Below are positions 43,518 to 53,186 of a DNA stretch of 64,000 nucleotides, in pieces. This DNA is from a virus (Duplodnaviria > Heunggongvirae > Uroviricota > Caudoviricetes). Where the stretch lies: IMG/VR virus record IMGVR_UViG_2698536687_000001, one strand, 5' to 3'. Position 1 is the stretch's first letter; each line of letters begins with the position of its first letter. Under the pieces are notes generated by a model. That model saw only the letters and a program-made list of their open reading frames with translations. It was not told the origin of the DNA and searched no databases. A program made the position numbers and the translations under genes.

Positions 43518-45107
43518 ATGTCTCAATATTCAATTCAACAGTCATTAGGTAATGCATCCGGCGTCGCTGTTAGCCCGATCAATGCCGATGCGACGTTATC
43601 TACCGGTGTTGCATTAAATAGCAGCTTGTGGGCTGGTATTGGCGTATTTGCGCGTGGCAAGCCGTTTACTGTTCTTGCGGTTACTGAGTCCAATTACGAA
43701 GATGTTCTCGGCGAACCGCTGAAGCCGTCTTCCGGCTCACAGTTCGAACCAATTCGCCATGTGTACGAAGCTATTCAGCAAACGTCTGGTTATGTTGTCC
43801 GTGCTGTTCCGGATGATGCGAAGTTCCCGATTATTATGTTCGATGAATCAGGCGAACCGGCTTACAGTGCGTTGCCATACGGTTCTGAAATTGAACTTGA
43901 TAGCGGCGAAGCCTTTGCTATCTACGTTGATGATGGTGATCCGTGTATTTCACCTACCCGTGAGTTAACCATCGAAACGGCAACAGCGGACAGCGCGGGT
44001 AATGAACGCTTCCTCTTAAAACTGACCCAGACGACTTCGCTCGGTGTGGTAACGACCCTGGAGACACACACTGTGTCTTTGGCGGAAGAAGCGAAAGATG
44101 ACATGGGCCGCTTGTGTTATCTGCCTACGGCTCTGGAAGCCCGTTCTAAATATCTGCGCGCGGTTGTTAATGAAGAGCTGATTTCGACCGCGAAAGTAAC
44201 AAATAAAAAATCACTGGCGTTCACTGGCGGTACCAACGGCGATCAGTCGAAAATCTCCACCGAAGCCTACCTGCGTGCGGTTAAGGTGCTGAACAATGCG
44301 CCGTACATGTACACCGCTGTTCTCGGCCTGGGTTGCTATGACAATGCGGCGATCACCGCGTTAGGTAATATCTGTTCTGATCGCCTGATTGATGGCTTCT
44401 TTGATGTCAAACCGACATTGACGTATACGGAAGCGCTCTCTGCTGTTGAAGATACCGGTTTACTTGGTACCGATTATGTAAGCTGTGCTGTCTATCACTT
44501 CCCGTTCTCCTGCAAAGACAAATGGACCCAATCCCGTGTGGTCTTCGGTCTGTCTGGCGCGGCGTATGCGGCGAAAGCTCGTGGCGTCAAGAAAAACTCT
44601 GATGTCGGCGGTTGGCATTACTCACCGGCTGGTGAAGAACGTGCCGTCATTGCTCGTGCGTCAATTCAACCGCTGTATCCGGAAGATACCCCGGACGAAG
44701 AAGCAATGGTTAAGGGCCGCCTCAATAAAGTATCTGTTGGCACCTCTGGCCAGATGATCATCGACGATGCTTTAACTTGCTGCACGCAGGATAACTATCT
44801 GCACTTCCAGCACGTCCCATCCCTGATGAATGCAATCAGCCGTTTCTTTGTCCAGTTAGCCCGCCAGATGAAGCATAGCCCTGACGGTATTACTGCCGCT
44901 GGTCTGACTAAAGGGATGACCAAACTTTTGGATCGCTTTGTCGCCTCCGGCGCTCTGGTGGCTCCTCGTGATCCTGATGCTGACGGTACAGAACCGTATG
45001 TGCTGAAAGTTACGCAAGCGGAATTCGATAAATGGGAAGTAGTCTGGGCCTGCTGCCCGACTGGCGTAGCCCGTCGTATCCAGGGCGTACCGCTGCTTAT
45101 TAAGTAA
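43518..45107 (+). CDS. Putative contractile tail sheath protein, 529 aa
   Basis: Size and position before a tube-sized gene; identity not verified. Confidence 0.45.
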   Translation: MSQYSIQQSLGNASGVAVSPINADATLSTGVALNSSLWAGIGVFARGKPFTVLAVTESNYEDVLGEPLKPSSGSQFEPIRHVYEAIQQTSGYVVRAVPDDAKFPIIMFDESGEPAYSALPYGSEIELDSGEAFAIYVDDGDPCISPTRELTIETATADSAGNERFLLKLTQTTSLGVVTTLETHTVSLAEEAKDDMGRLCYLPTALEARSKYLRAVVNEELISTAKVTNKKSLAFTGGTNGDQSKISTEAYLRAVKVLNNAPYMYTAVLGLGCYDNAAITALGNICSDRLIDGFFDVKPTLTYTEALSAVEDTGLLGTDYVSCAVYHFPFSCKDKWTQSRVVFGLSGAAYAAKARGVKKNSDVGGWHYSPAGEERAVIARASIQPLYPEDTPDEEAMVKGRLNKVSVGTSGQMIIDDALTCCTQDNYLHFQHVPSLMNAISRFFVQLARQMKHSPDGITAAGLTKGMTKLLDRFVASGALVAPRDPDADGTEPYVLKVTQAEFDKWEVVWACCPTGVARRIQGVPLLIK

Positions 45108-45116
45108 GGGAATACA

Positions 45117-45932
45117 ATGAGCAAAAACTTTTTTCAATCCGGGGCATTTTTGGGGAATGGACTGTCCCGTTTCGCTTTGAACTCTGATCCTGTGCAGCTG
45201 ATGGAGTCTGCCCGAGCAAGCGCCGAACCGCCAACAGATCCGGTTATTAATAATAATCCGGAACCGGCGGCACAGACTAACGATAACGTTCCATCTGCCC
45301 CGGCTCCTGAGCAAATCCTGGAAGGAAAAGAAGGTAAAGAATGGACCGTCGAACAGGCGCACCAGATGATTCTGGAAGCTGCAAATCGAAGTGCTATGCA
45401 GAATGCGTTGAGTAATGCGGCCGATGCCGTTTTCGCCTGGGCTGATAGCGGTGATCTGACTTTCGACTCCCTTGATGGTTTCGTTCAGGCTATCGCTGGT
45501 ATCTCTGACGACGACGACACCGAAGTTACAGAAGAACAGGACGATGCCTATAACGAAGCATGGGCAAATGTTGCTGACTTCCTCGCAGCATGCGGTGTAG
45601 ATGATGACCTGATCGAAGCACTGGCCGACGATGAAGACGACGACGCAGCTGCTGATGTTGGTTCCGCTATCGCTGGTTTGGATAGCGACGACCGCGACGA
45701 ACTGGAAGCGGCGTTTGTTGTTGCTGGCACTTCTGATGAAATGCTGACTGAAGCATTTAAGAAGGTTGTTCGTAACGGTGAGATCAAACTCATCCGTAAA
45801 CGTCTGCGTAAAAAACGTCTGACTGCGGCTCAAAAATCGGCGCTGAAAAAAGCGCGTCGTAAAGCCCAGACCGGCGCGGCAAAACTGGCCCGCAAAAAGT
45901 CAATGAAACTGCGCCGTAAGCGCCTCGGCTAA
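45117..45932 (+). CDS. Hypothetical acidic protein with basic C-terminal tail, 271 aa
   Basis: Asp/Glu-rich core then KKRLTAAQKSALKKARRKAQ tail. Confidence 0.45.
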   Translation: MSKNFFQSGAFLGNGLSRFALNSDPVQLMESARASAEPPTDPVINNNPEPAAQTNDNVPSAPAPEQILEGKEGKEWTVEQAHQMILEAANRSAMQNALSNAADAVFAWADSGDLTFDSLDGFVQAIAGISDDDDTEVTEEQDDAYNEAWANVADFLAACGVDDDLIEALADDEDDDAAADVGSAIAGLDSDDRDELEAAFVVAGTSDEMLTEAFKKVVRNGEIKLIRKRLRKKRLTAAQKSALKKARRKAQTGAAKLARKKSMKLRRKRLG

Positions 45933-45967
45933 AGGAGGAGGCTGGAGAACTCCGGCCTTTAACTTGA

Positions 45968-46549
45968 ATGGCACCTATACCTTTTGGGGTTTACAGCCAG
46001 GCTGACGGTGTATCGCCATTTCTGAAAGTTACTTTAACGAACTCTCAGTACCAGGTTACCGGATATATCAGCCAGGGGGCGGCAATGAATCTGGCCCAGA
46101 ATTGGGAAGCGCCGTTTACCGGCATGTCTATGGGTTCTGTTGCTGGTGCATTTAGTGGTTTTGCGCAGGTTGGTACTGAAACAACGTCAGTTGCCCGTTG
46201 GAACAGCTTAATGGTTTGGGAAGGGGGGACACCGCCGACTTTCACGCTGCCAGTAACTTTCATTGCTTTGTTTAACCCATATACGGAAGTTTCAGGTGCT
46301 ATCGCCGCGTTGTCAGCAATGATTAGCCCGGAACTTAAAGACGCCAGTATTGGTGGTCGAATCCCGGAGCGTGTGACGCTAAACATTGGTCGCCGGATCA
46401 ACATCATTGATGTCGCTATCCAGGACCTAAGTTTCGATCTCGATGCCCCCAGGGATAGTAATGGGCATTTCCTGAAAAACACCGTCAACCTCCAGTTGAC
46501 CGGTTCATCGATATATAACAGTTCCGATATTGTTCGGGCCTTCCAGTAA
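45968..46549 (+). CDS. Putative tail tube protein, 193 aa
   Basis: Size (about 21 kDa) and position after sheath-like gene. Confidence 0.4.
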   Translation: MAPIPFGVYSQADGVSPFLKVTLTNSQYQVTGYISQGAAMNLAQNWEAPFTGMSMGSVAGAFSGFAQVGTETTSVARWNSLMVWEGGTPPTFTLPVTFIALFNPYTEVSGAIAALSAMISPELKDASIGGRIPERVTLNIGRRINIIDVAIQDLSFDLDAPRDSNGHFLKNTVNLQLTGSSIYNSSDIVRAFQ

Positions 46550-46560
46550 AAGGATTTTAT

Positions 46561-47070
46561 ATGGGGCACAATAACACTAAGGGAAACCGTAAATTTATTA
46601 AGGGCCGCTATACTGCCAACGCGGCCAAAGGCGAACGACTCGTATCTTCTGAATTCCAGCTCACTTTTGCAGGCCATGAAGATATCAGCGTACTGGTCCG
46701 CACGTCGCAGATCCCTGAAATGACCCGTGAGGATGTGGAGGACTATGGTCCGAATGGTGTGAAGTTCAACCAGCACGGTCCAATCCGTAACTCCGGGGAA
46801 ATCCAGGTCCAGTGCGTGGAGACTATCGAAGGCGATATTCTTCAGTTCATTAAAGATCGCATTGCGGCGAAGGACTATGTTGATATCACGATGGCTGCGA
46901 CCCCTGAATCCAAATCTTCCGGGGTTAACGCTGTGACAAAAGCTGCTACAACAATTGAAATGTTGGACTGCAAAATCTACAGTGATGCAATCGACTTTAG
47001 TACTGAAGATGTGACTGCCGCTGTGCGCCCGTCACTTCGTATCGTTTACAACTGGATTGAGTGGGATTAA
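46561..47070 (+). CDS. Hypothetical virion protein, 169 aa
   Basis: Last ORF of structural operon, followed by intrinsic terminator. Confidence 0.4.
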   Translation: MGHNNTKGNRKFIKGRYTANAAKGERLVSSEFQLTFAGHEDISVLVRTSQIPEMTREDVEDYGPNGVKFNQHGPIRNSGEIQVQCVETIEGDILQFIKDRIAAKDYVDITMAATPESKSSGVNAVTKAATTIEMLDCKIYSDAIDFSTEDVTAAVRPSLRIVYNWIEWD

Positions 47071-47091
47071 GAGTCATCCCTTGTATTTTAA

Positions 47092-47113
47092 AGCTCCTTC
47101 GGGAGCTTTTTTG
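47092..47113 (+). terminator. Intrinsic terminator
   Basis: Hairpin AGCTCC-TTCG-GGAGCT followed by TTTTTT. Confidence 0.75.
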
Positions 47114-47153
47114 TGCTTAAATTATGCCGGTATAGATAGATTTTGAGCATGTT

Positions 47154-47450
47154 ATGGAAATTGATTTTTCATACTCTCCTGAGACGATAGAAAGAAGATT
47201 CGAAATAATTGGATGCATAACTATTTCAGATGAGCATTATTGGGTTCTCTATGATGCCAATACATGGTTATGTGCCTTAGCAGAATGTCAGCCATCGTTA
47301 TGTGTAGGGGAGGGGGCTTTTCGACATAAGGTGCTGGCTACACTTGAAGTGAACACGTTACGATATTGGTGTGTAGAAATACTTAGTGATAACAAAGAAT
47401 TGCATTTATTATTGCTGAATAAGTGTGCTTCTCTGCGCAGAAAAGCATGA
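47154..47450 (+). CDS. Hypothetical protein, 98 aa (AT-rich island)
   Basis: ORF in low-GC segment between structural operon and repL. Confidence 0.4.
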   Translation: MEIDFSYSPETIERRFEIIGCITISDEHYWVLYDANTWLCALAECQPSLCVGEGAFRHKVLATLEVNTLRYWCVEILSDNKELHLLLLNKCASLRRKA

Positions 47451-47576
47451 GAAAACCCAACCGCTCTCCAGGAATTATCAGAAGAATATATGCGGAAAGT
47501 TATAGCTAGCTATTGAAAAGCTAAAGTAGATCGGTTAGATTTGACTTACTCATCTACCATGTGTAGAAAGAGCGAT

Positions 47577-47620
47577 CGAACCCGATACATAGCAATATGT
47601 GTCGGGTTCAGCTTTTTTAT
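47577..47620 (+). terminator. Hairpin terminator between convergent island genes
   Basis: GAACCCGA...TCGGGTTC stem followed by T-run 47613-47618. Confidence 0.5.
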
Positions 47621-48096
47621 GTCCCAAGTGCTCTTTTTCTGCTTTGTTTGAGTGTTCTGATTTTACTGTCATAGGTTACAACATAGGCTGTTTTGAGAAG
47701 CCAATAGTCTCTACGTGCGGATAGCACAACAACGTAGTTTTCACACTCATTCCAGATTACCCACTCTTCAGTTGGTCCTCGTCTTTCAGACCAACATGAT
47801 ATATCGCAATGGTTATAATTCCTTATCATATGCGCGATCCAGCGAATTCGCTTGCACCGTTCAAGATCGGGTATACGTTCTTCTTCTTTTTTTCCCTCTG
47901 ATACTAAATGCCAAAATCCGAACTCTTTCCCATCATATTCCGGTGAATAACGTAATCGAACAGGGAGACCCTTAAACGTTATATTAGAGATTAAAATGTC
48001 TTCTCTGACAATATCATATACATCGTCTATATACTCTTGCCAACTTCCATTGAAGTACAATAAATCTGGCATTTGAAGCATCAGCGAGCCTCCCAC
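47617..48096 (-). CDS. Hypothetical protein, 159 aa (AT-rich island, downstream gene of pair)
   Basis: Overlaps upstream gene by 16 nt; Cys/His/Trp-rich; no domain recognised. Confidence 0.5.
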   Translation of the reverse strand: MGGSLMLQMPDLLYFNGSWQEYIDDVYDIVREDILISNITFKGLPVRLRYSPEYDGKEFGFWHLVSEGKKEEERIPDLERCKRIRWIAHMIRNYNHCDISCWSERRGPTEEWVIWNECENYVVVLSARRDYWLLKTAYVVTYDSKIRTLKQSRKRALGT

Positions 48097-48785
48097 ACGA
48101 AAATATTAAATTTACTTTCTGTTGGAAGAGTGCTTTTTAGTAACTCCCTGTTTGTATGTGATTTTATCCTGTTTATGACTTGGATTTTTCCCGCGTTGCT
48201 ATTCATTCCTCGATGAACGTAGCCTAATGCACCAATGAAAAGATCCGTTAGCTGCAATTGTTGCACTTCATGAGATCGTATATGTTGAATTCTGTTTATC
48301 GACTCATGATTGTAATCATAGCGATCATTGTGAAGAACCCCTCTTAATTTCTCAATTTTTTCAATACCTAAAGTATCTTTTATATCTAGGTAGATATTGT
48401 ATGTGTTGTTACTTTCTATTATGTTTTTTAAGACATAAAAAAACATCTTATAATAGAAAGTATTATGATCTTGATGGAATCGAGCATGGTCCAGTTGCTC
48501 TTTATCAGGAACAACAACACCTCTAAAGCGCAATGCTGGGTTGCTGAAGAAGTAATCTACGACATCTAAGTAAAATTCAACTTTGGACGCAGATACTTTA
48601 GTCCACTTGATTTCGAAATCAGGTTTTAGATTGTGTTTTAATTTTAATTCCTTGATGTCTCTAGCAATTTTTTTTGTGATAGTGCCAGGACACCAAAGCG
48701 CACCCAATACCATGACTTTATTATGATCATTTAGTAGGTGACAGGATTCATCGCAGAATACATTAAATGTTCTTCGGTTCAACAT
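48081..48785 (-). CDS. Hypothetical protein, 234 aa, possibly DUF3800-like (AT-rich island, upstream gene of pair)
   Basis: N-terminal FNVFCDESCH resembles the conserved DES motif of DUF3800 from memory; unverified. Confidence 0.5.
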   Translation of the reverse strand: MLNRRTFNVFCDESCHLLNDHNKVMVLGALWCPGTITKKIARDIKELKLKHNLKPDFEIKWTKVSASKVEFYLDVVDYFFSNPALRFRGVVVPDKEQLDHARFHQDHNTFYYKMFFYVLKNIIESNNTYNIYLDIKDTLGIEKIEKLRGVLHNDRYDYNHESINRIQHIRSHEVQQLQLTDLFIGALGYVHRGMNSNAGKIQVINRIKSHTNRELLKSTLPTESKFNIFVWEAR

Positions 48786-48933
48786 GTTAACTCCACTTAT
48801 TGTTAGGTAGAATTGTCCGTTAGTTGTTTATTAATTGCAATAATGGGACGTTCTGATTTGCTAACTACGTCATCTTACCAGGACGCCTATGAGTTTTCCT
48901 CATGGCAAACTAGAGGTGTTGAAAGTATGCATG

Positions 48934-48950
48934 GTTATAATTAGAGCAAT
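48934..48950 (-). promoter_or_regulatory. Weak C1 operator-like site upstream of the island gene pair
   Basis: GTTATAATTAGAGCAAT: core ATTAGAGCAAT intact, 5 flank mismatches. Confidence 0.3.
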
Positions 48951-48953
48951 CTA

Positions 48954-49799
48954 TCACCCTCTGAATCCTACCGGTATACCCCATTGTTCGTTATCTTTAT
49001 TTTTGGCTAATACCGCATTAAGAGCTTCGTTTACCGTCATGCAATGCGGTAGATTATCGAAGTTTGATATCCAGCCAATATCAGGAGAACGCTTGTTCTT
49101 CAGGTAAGCATATTTCCGCGCTGCCGCCTCTACTTTCTGCTTGAACTCATGTTTTTGAGCGCGTTTTTTGGATAACCGCAGATTGTCAGCCTTTGCTTTT
49201 GCCTCAGTGATCCATGAAGTCAGTTTTTTGAGGCTGGTCGTTCCGGTACCGCCGGAAACTGATCTTTTTGTTTTTTTAATTTGTGACTTCTTATTCTTTA
49301 TTGCCACGTCATCCTGACAGGGGGAGGGGGTATCATTTTGACATGGGGGTGTGGATAAAAAATCAAATAAAGCCAATGTGTTAGCGAGAACAGCTTTAAC
49401 CTTGGTTGCCGCTGAAGAGATCTTTAATTTGCTTTCAATCAGCGCATTTTTGGCTTGTTGTGCGAAGGCCAAAAAGGATGGTGTAAACCGGTACAGGTTA
49501 GCGCGACGTTCACGGTGATCGCCGATAACAATCTCTACAGACAGGATTCCTTTGTTTACAGCTTCACGGAATGCACGAACGACGGTTGATTGGCTATAAC
49601 CAGTTTCTGCCGCGATCAGGCGGTGAGGCTTGTGAATGAAGTATTCACTGGTTGTTGCCGCGAGATTTGCACATTGCGACAGGATATGCCCGGCGCTACG
49701 GGATAGACCGGAGTGTGTTACAAAGCAGGCCAATTCATAGCCAGAAAAAGTAAAATCGCTCATCGTTATACAGCTCAGGAAAGTGACTTTAGCCAGCAT
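48954..49799 (-). CDS. repL: Lytic replication protein RepL, 281 aa
   Basis: 281-aa ORF downstream of a kilA-like gene and C1-operator-controlled promoter; organisation and size match P1 kilA-repL. Confidence 0.75.
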   Translation of the reverse strand: MLAKVTFLSCITMSDFTFSGYELACFVTHSGLSRSAGHILSQCANLAATTSEYFIHKPHRLIAAETGYSQSTVVRAFREAVNKGILSVEIVIGDHRERRANLYRFTPSFLAFAQQAKNALIESKLKISSAATKVKAVLANTLALFDFLSTPPCQNDTPSPCQDDVAIKNKKSQIKKTKRSVSGGTGTTSLKKLTSWITEAKAKADNLRLSKKRAQKHEFKQKVEAAARKYAYLKNKRSPDIGWISNFDNLPHCMTVNEALNAVLAKNKDNEQWGIPVGFRG

Positions 49800-49828
49800 T
49801 ACAATGCTGGTGGTTCTTACTACGTCTG

Positions 49829-50629
49829 TTAGCGCGTCGCCGCGACAGGCACCAGCACACCAGCATCAAGCAATCGCTTCATAAGCCACTGCTGACCTTT
49901 GCCGGTTATACGAGTCGTGAAAGAAATCCTGCTTCCATTGCTTGTATCGATCACGGTTTCTTTAAGGGTGAAATACCCACGGGATATGTATTCTTGTTTG
50001 GGGACGTTCCTGCGTTCACCGGTTGCGATCAGAATTCCGTTATCACGCAACCAGGTGAAGAGATAGTTTTGGCCCAGGCCGAGCACTTTGGCATAGTTGC
50101 CGATTAGAACCCCGCTGGCGGTAGCAACGCGTTCGGCGAATTCGACTTTAGGTGCATCCATAAGCATTTTTTGCTCCAGCCGTTGCTTTTGCTCTGCCAG
50201 GTCGGCAGCCAAACGGAGAGCTTCAGGGAGACTCTGCGGAATAGCAGGTTGTAATCTTCCAGCTCGATAGTCGATAAATGTCTGGTTTACCTTCAGCCGA
50301 AACGCGGGAGAAATCCAGCCTGCGTACTCCACAGCGAGCAATTCATGGGCAAAAGTGCCGCCGCCACGGCCTTCGAACGAAACTATGCAATTCTGCATAG
50401 TTTCTTTTTCAAGCTCTTCGATGAGCTGTTTGGCTGACAGCGTTCTTAGCCATTGAGCTGGCGCTTTATGGGCACCGAGTCCGCTCGCTCTGTGTAGAGC
50501 ATTAAGGTTGTAACGGCCAGCGCGGTCGGTCGTAATTTCAACACCACAAATAACAGGCAGAGTGGTTGAAGGATCGACATTTTGATGAAGGTTTGATATA
50601 TTCATATCCGCATTGAATGTTTGTTGCAT
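49829..50629 (-). CDS. kilA: KilA-like protein (KilA-N plus KilAC/ANT domains), 266 aa
   Basis: C-terminal [18 protein letters not shown]...PKVEFAERV...GYFTLKET paralogous to ant-like genes. Confidence 0.6.
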   Translation of the reverse strand: MQQTFNADMNISNLHQNVDPSTTLPVICGVEITTDRAGRYNLNALHRASGLGAHKAPAQWLRTLSAKQLIEELEKETMQNCIVSFEGRGGGTFAHELLAVEYAGWISPAFRLKVNQTFIDYRAGRLQPAIPQSLPEALRLAADLAEQKQRLEQKMLMDAPKVEFAERVATASGVLIGNYAKVLGLGQNYLFTWLRDNGILIATGERRNVPKQEYISRGYFTLKETVIDTSNGSRISFTTRITGKGQQWLMKRLLDAGVLVPVAATR

Positions 50630-50698
50630 TTTTTCTCCAAATTTGCATCAACCTTCAATCACCAGCTCGAAATGGTGATTCTTTGCACTTAGAAAACG

Positions 50699-50715
50699 AA
50701 ATTTATTAGAGCAAA
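50699..50715 (-). promoter_or_regulatory. C1 operator-like site upstream of kilA-repL
   Basis: AAATTTATTAGAGCAAA, 1 mismatch. Confidence 0.65.
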
Positions 50716-50793
50716 TTTTTCTGACTCGATCCAGATCGGGTTGGGCGATCTGCTCAGAAACCTGCCAGTTTGCTGGCAGGTTTTTTTCTTTTG

Positions 50794-51831
50794 TTAACCT
50801 ATTGCTACTGGTTTTAACAAACCAGCATCAAGTAGCTTGCGAGTTAACCACTGCTGGCCTTTACCCGTTAATTGGGGCGTCAGCCGTATCTGGTAGCCAT
50901 TTTCATCATCCAGCACCACTTCTTTCACCGTGAAATACCCGGCGTTAATGTACTGCTGGCGCGGTACGTTTTTGCGCGCACCAAAAGCCATGAGAATGCC
51001 GTTCTGGCGCAACCATGAGAAAAGGGCGTTTTGCTTAAGTCCAACGACCTTTGCAAAGTTACCGATCAGGATTCCATTAGCCACTGATACCCGGTCGGCA
51101 AAATCGACTTTAGGTGCTGCGGCCACCAGCTGTTGTTCCAGATGCATTTTCTGTTCTGCCAACTCGGCAGCCAGGCGTAGGGCTTCTGGTAATGTTTGGG
51201 GGATCGATGGGGTAGGGGAGTTTGCCTGCTGCAATTCTTCCAGTTTGTCGATCAGCGAACGGCGGACAGCTTTTGATTCGCGCGCGGCGACTCGCAGGGC
51301 TTGTTTGTAGGTCATGGTTATGACAAGCATTGATGTTTTGTTCATTTTTTCCACTACACTTTTTGTGTAGTGCTCACCATCAAGCTCATCGAGTATTTTT
51401 TCGATGAATTTGTTGTTCCGAACCTCTGGTTCCCCACATAACTTACGCGCTTCATTGACCATCTTTAACAGTGTCTGGCTGTCGATTGTGTCTCCAGTGT
51501 TGGAGATAACATTCACAGTTGGTGATGGCGTAGCTAAAGCAACAGGTGCTGGTTTTTCAACATTCAAATTATTACCGGTCATTCTGCGCGCCTCCTTTCT
51601 CATTTCTGCTGCCACCGTTGCGTAACGTAGACGTCCTTGTTCAATCAAATAATCCCTGATCTCGGCTATCAGTAGCCTGTTGATCACAGCCTTATCTGTT
51701 CGGGTATAAAAACGCCTGGTTATCATGAAATAGTTGGCAATTGCGCCGGGGATCTCCCGTGTCGGCATACAGGCAGTATGCAGGGCGATCGCTTCGGCTA
51801 TGTCATTACGGGTGACGAGAGGTTTTTTCAT
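50794..51831 (-). CDS. Antirepressor Ant-like protein, 345 aa
   Basis: KilAC/ANT-type C-terminus nearly identical to copy B; preceded by icd-like ORF and c4-like region. Confidence 0.65.
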   Translation of the reverse strand: MKKPLVTRNDIAEAIALHTACMPTREIPGAIANYFMITRRFYTRTDKAVINRLLIAEIRDYLIEQGRLRYATVAAEMRKEARRMTGNNLNVEKPAPVALATPSPTVNVISNTGDTIDSQTLLKMVNEARKLCGEPEVRNNKFIEKILDELDGEHYTKSVVEKMNKTSMLVITMTYKQALRVAARESKAVRRSLIDKLEELQQANSPTPSIPQTLPEALRLAAELAEQKMHLEQQLVAAAPKVDFADRVSVANGILIGNFAKVVGLKQNALFSWLRQNGILMAFGARKNVPRQQYINAGYFTVKEVVLDDENGYQIRLTPQLTGKGQQWLTRKLLDAGLLKPVAIG

Positions 51832-52049
51832 AAAACCTCCTGAACGTCGGCAGAGAAGGGGAGGTTCCAGTAACTAAGTGAATTGCGCGAGTTAGTTGAA
51901 AAACGGGCAGTAAAAATGCAGGGGCCATCAGGCAATTGAGAGCGTGCTTCGTCTTCAGTTGCTGCGATAACGAAGTGATAGTGGTGTTTTTTACAGGAAT
52001 AGAAACGCCAGATGAATTCTTGGCGTGCGCAAGGATTGGCATTAACCAT
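51828..52049 (-). CDS. Icd-like small protein, 73 aa, copy C
   Basis: Paralog of 3424-3645 (shared EFIWRFYSC...HYHFVIA...TEDEARSQLPD); overlaps ant start by 4 nt. Confidence 0.55.
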   Translation of the reverse strand: MVNANPCARQEFIWRFYSCKKHHYHFVIAATEDEARSQLPDGPCIFTARFSTNSRNSLSYWNLPFSADVQEVL

Positions 52050-52206
52050 AGTTACGGCCTCACAATCAGGTTTAACAACCTGCTACCCGCTGCTAAACAG
52101 GTGGCAGGACGTGACGGGGTTAGCAGACTGGCGATTGTGAAACCAGCAGGCCGAAGCCTCCCCATCACGCCCCACCATAATTTGGGCGTAACGCGGTTTT
52201 ACGGAC

Positions 52207-52355
52207 ACAAAAATACCGCAATATCGGATATCTGCGGCTGTCCGCACAATCATTCAGGCTGCTAAACCCGGTCGCAGAATTTGCTACGACGGCGGAACTA
52301 TAAGCCTGAACGATTAAAAGGTCAATATGATGCGAAAAGATAGCATTCGTGACTT
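52207..52355 (-). ncRNA. Candidate C4-like antisense RNA, copy C
   Basis: Between operator 52364-52380 and a hairpin plus U-run (plus 52207-52237); repeated GUUUAGCAGC motif on the minus-strand RNA. Confidence 0.3.
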
Positions 52356-52363
52356 AAAAATAC

Positions 52364-52380
52364 AAATTTATTAGAGCAGA
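52364..52380 (-). promoter_or_regulatory. C1 operator-like site upstream of immI-like cassette C
   Basis: AAATTTATTAGAGCAGA, 2 mismatches. Confidence 0.6.
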
Positions 52381-52661
52381 TTAGTGTCGTGCAATAGATA
52401 TATTATTTGTGATGAAAAATAATGCAGAGGGATATTGTAACTTTAAGATGGATATCAATAGTCGATACATAAATTAAGTTAGCAATAAACTATTAACTTA
52501 AGAAATAATGCAGATGGTGAACTTGTCTCTGACTTTTCAGCTATACACAATAAGTTAGGGATAGCTTATAAAAAGTTGATTAATTGATATAAGTCAATGG
52601 GAGTATTCTTGTTTACTTTCCGTTCTCGTGGTAACTTCTCGCCGGTTTTTGTTTTTCTGGG

Positions 52662-53183
52662 ATGATTCTTATGTCTAAAAAGTATACTTTATGCGCTCTT
52701 GTTGTATCTGCAATTCTTCTTTCTGGGTGTCAATCTAGCGGTGCTGATTATGCTGCCGATGTTTATGATACCGCTCAATTGAATTCGAAGCAGGAAACAA
52801 AGACAGTCAATATTATCTCTGTGCTTCCAGCTAAAGTGAAAGTTGATAATAAAGCTAATAAAGAAGCGGCACAGACATTTGGTGCGGTACTGGGAGCTGT
52901 TGCTGGGGGCGTTGCCGGTTATAATGTTAAAGGCACATCGACACTGGGTGCTGTAGCTGGCGGTACTGGTGGTGCGGCTCTTGGTGCAGCGGCTGGTTCT
53001 TTGGTTAGTGATAAAACAATTGTTGAAGGTGTTTCACTGACTTATAAAGAAGGAACTAAGGTGTTCACTTCAACTCAAGTTGGTAAAGCATGCCAGTTTA
53101 CAACGGGGCTTGCTGTGCTTATTTCAACTAAAGATAATGAAACTCGAATTCAGCCAAATGCTACTTGTCCAGAAAAGAAATAA
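52662..53183 (+). CDS. Lipoprotein with glycine-zipper region, 173 aa
   Basis: Signal peptide with lipobox LLSGC; GAVLGAVAGGVAG...GAVAGGTGGAALGAAAG. Confidence 0.55.
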   Translation: MILMSKKYTLCALVVSAILLSGCQSSGADYAADVYDTAQLNSKQETKTVNIISVLPAKVKVDNKANKEAAQTFGAVLGAVAGGVAGYNVKGTSTLGAVAGGTGGAALGAAAGSLVSDKTIVEGVSLTYKEGTKVFTSTQVGKACQFTTGLAVLISTKDNETRIQPNATCPEKK

Positions 53184-53186
53184 TTT

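Noticed and set aside
44856-45833. 325-aa minus-strand ORF
   Set aside because: Entirely antisense to the well-supported sheath-like and acidic-protein genes, Cys/Phe-rich low-complexity translation; spurious.
46045-46776. 243-aa minus-strand ORF
   Set aside because: Antisense to the tube-like gene and the following gene; spurious.
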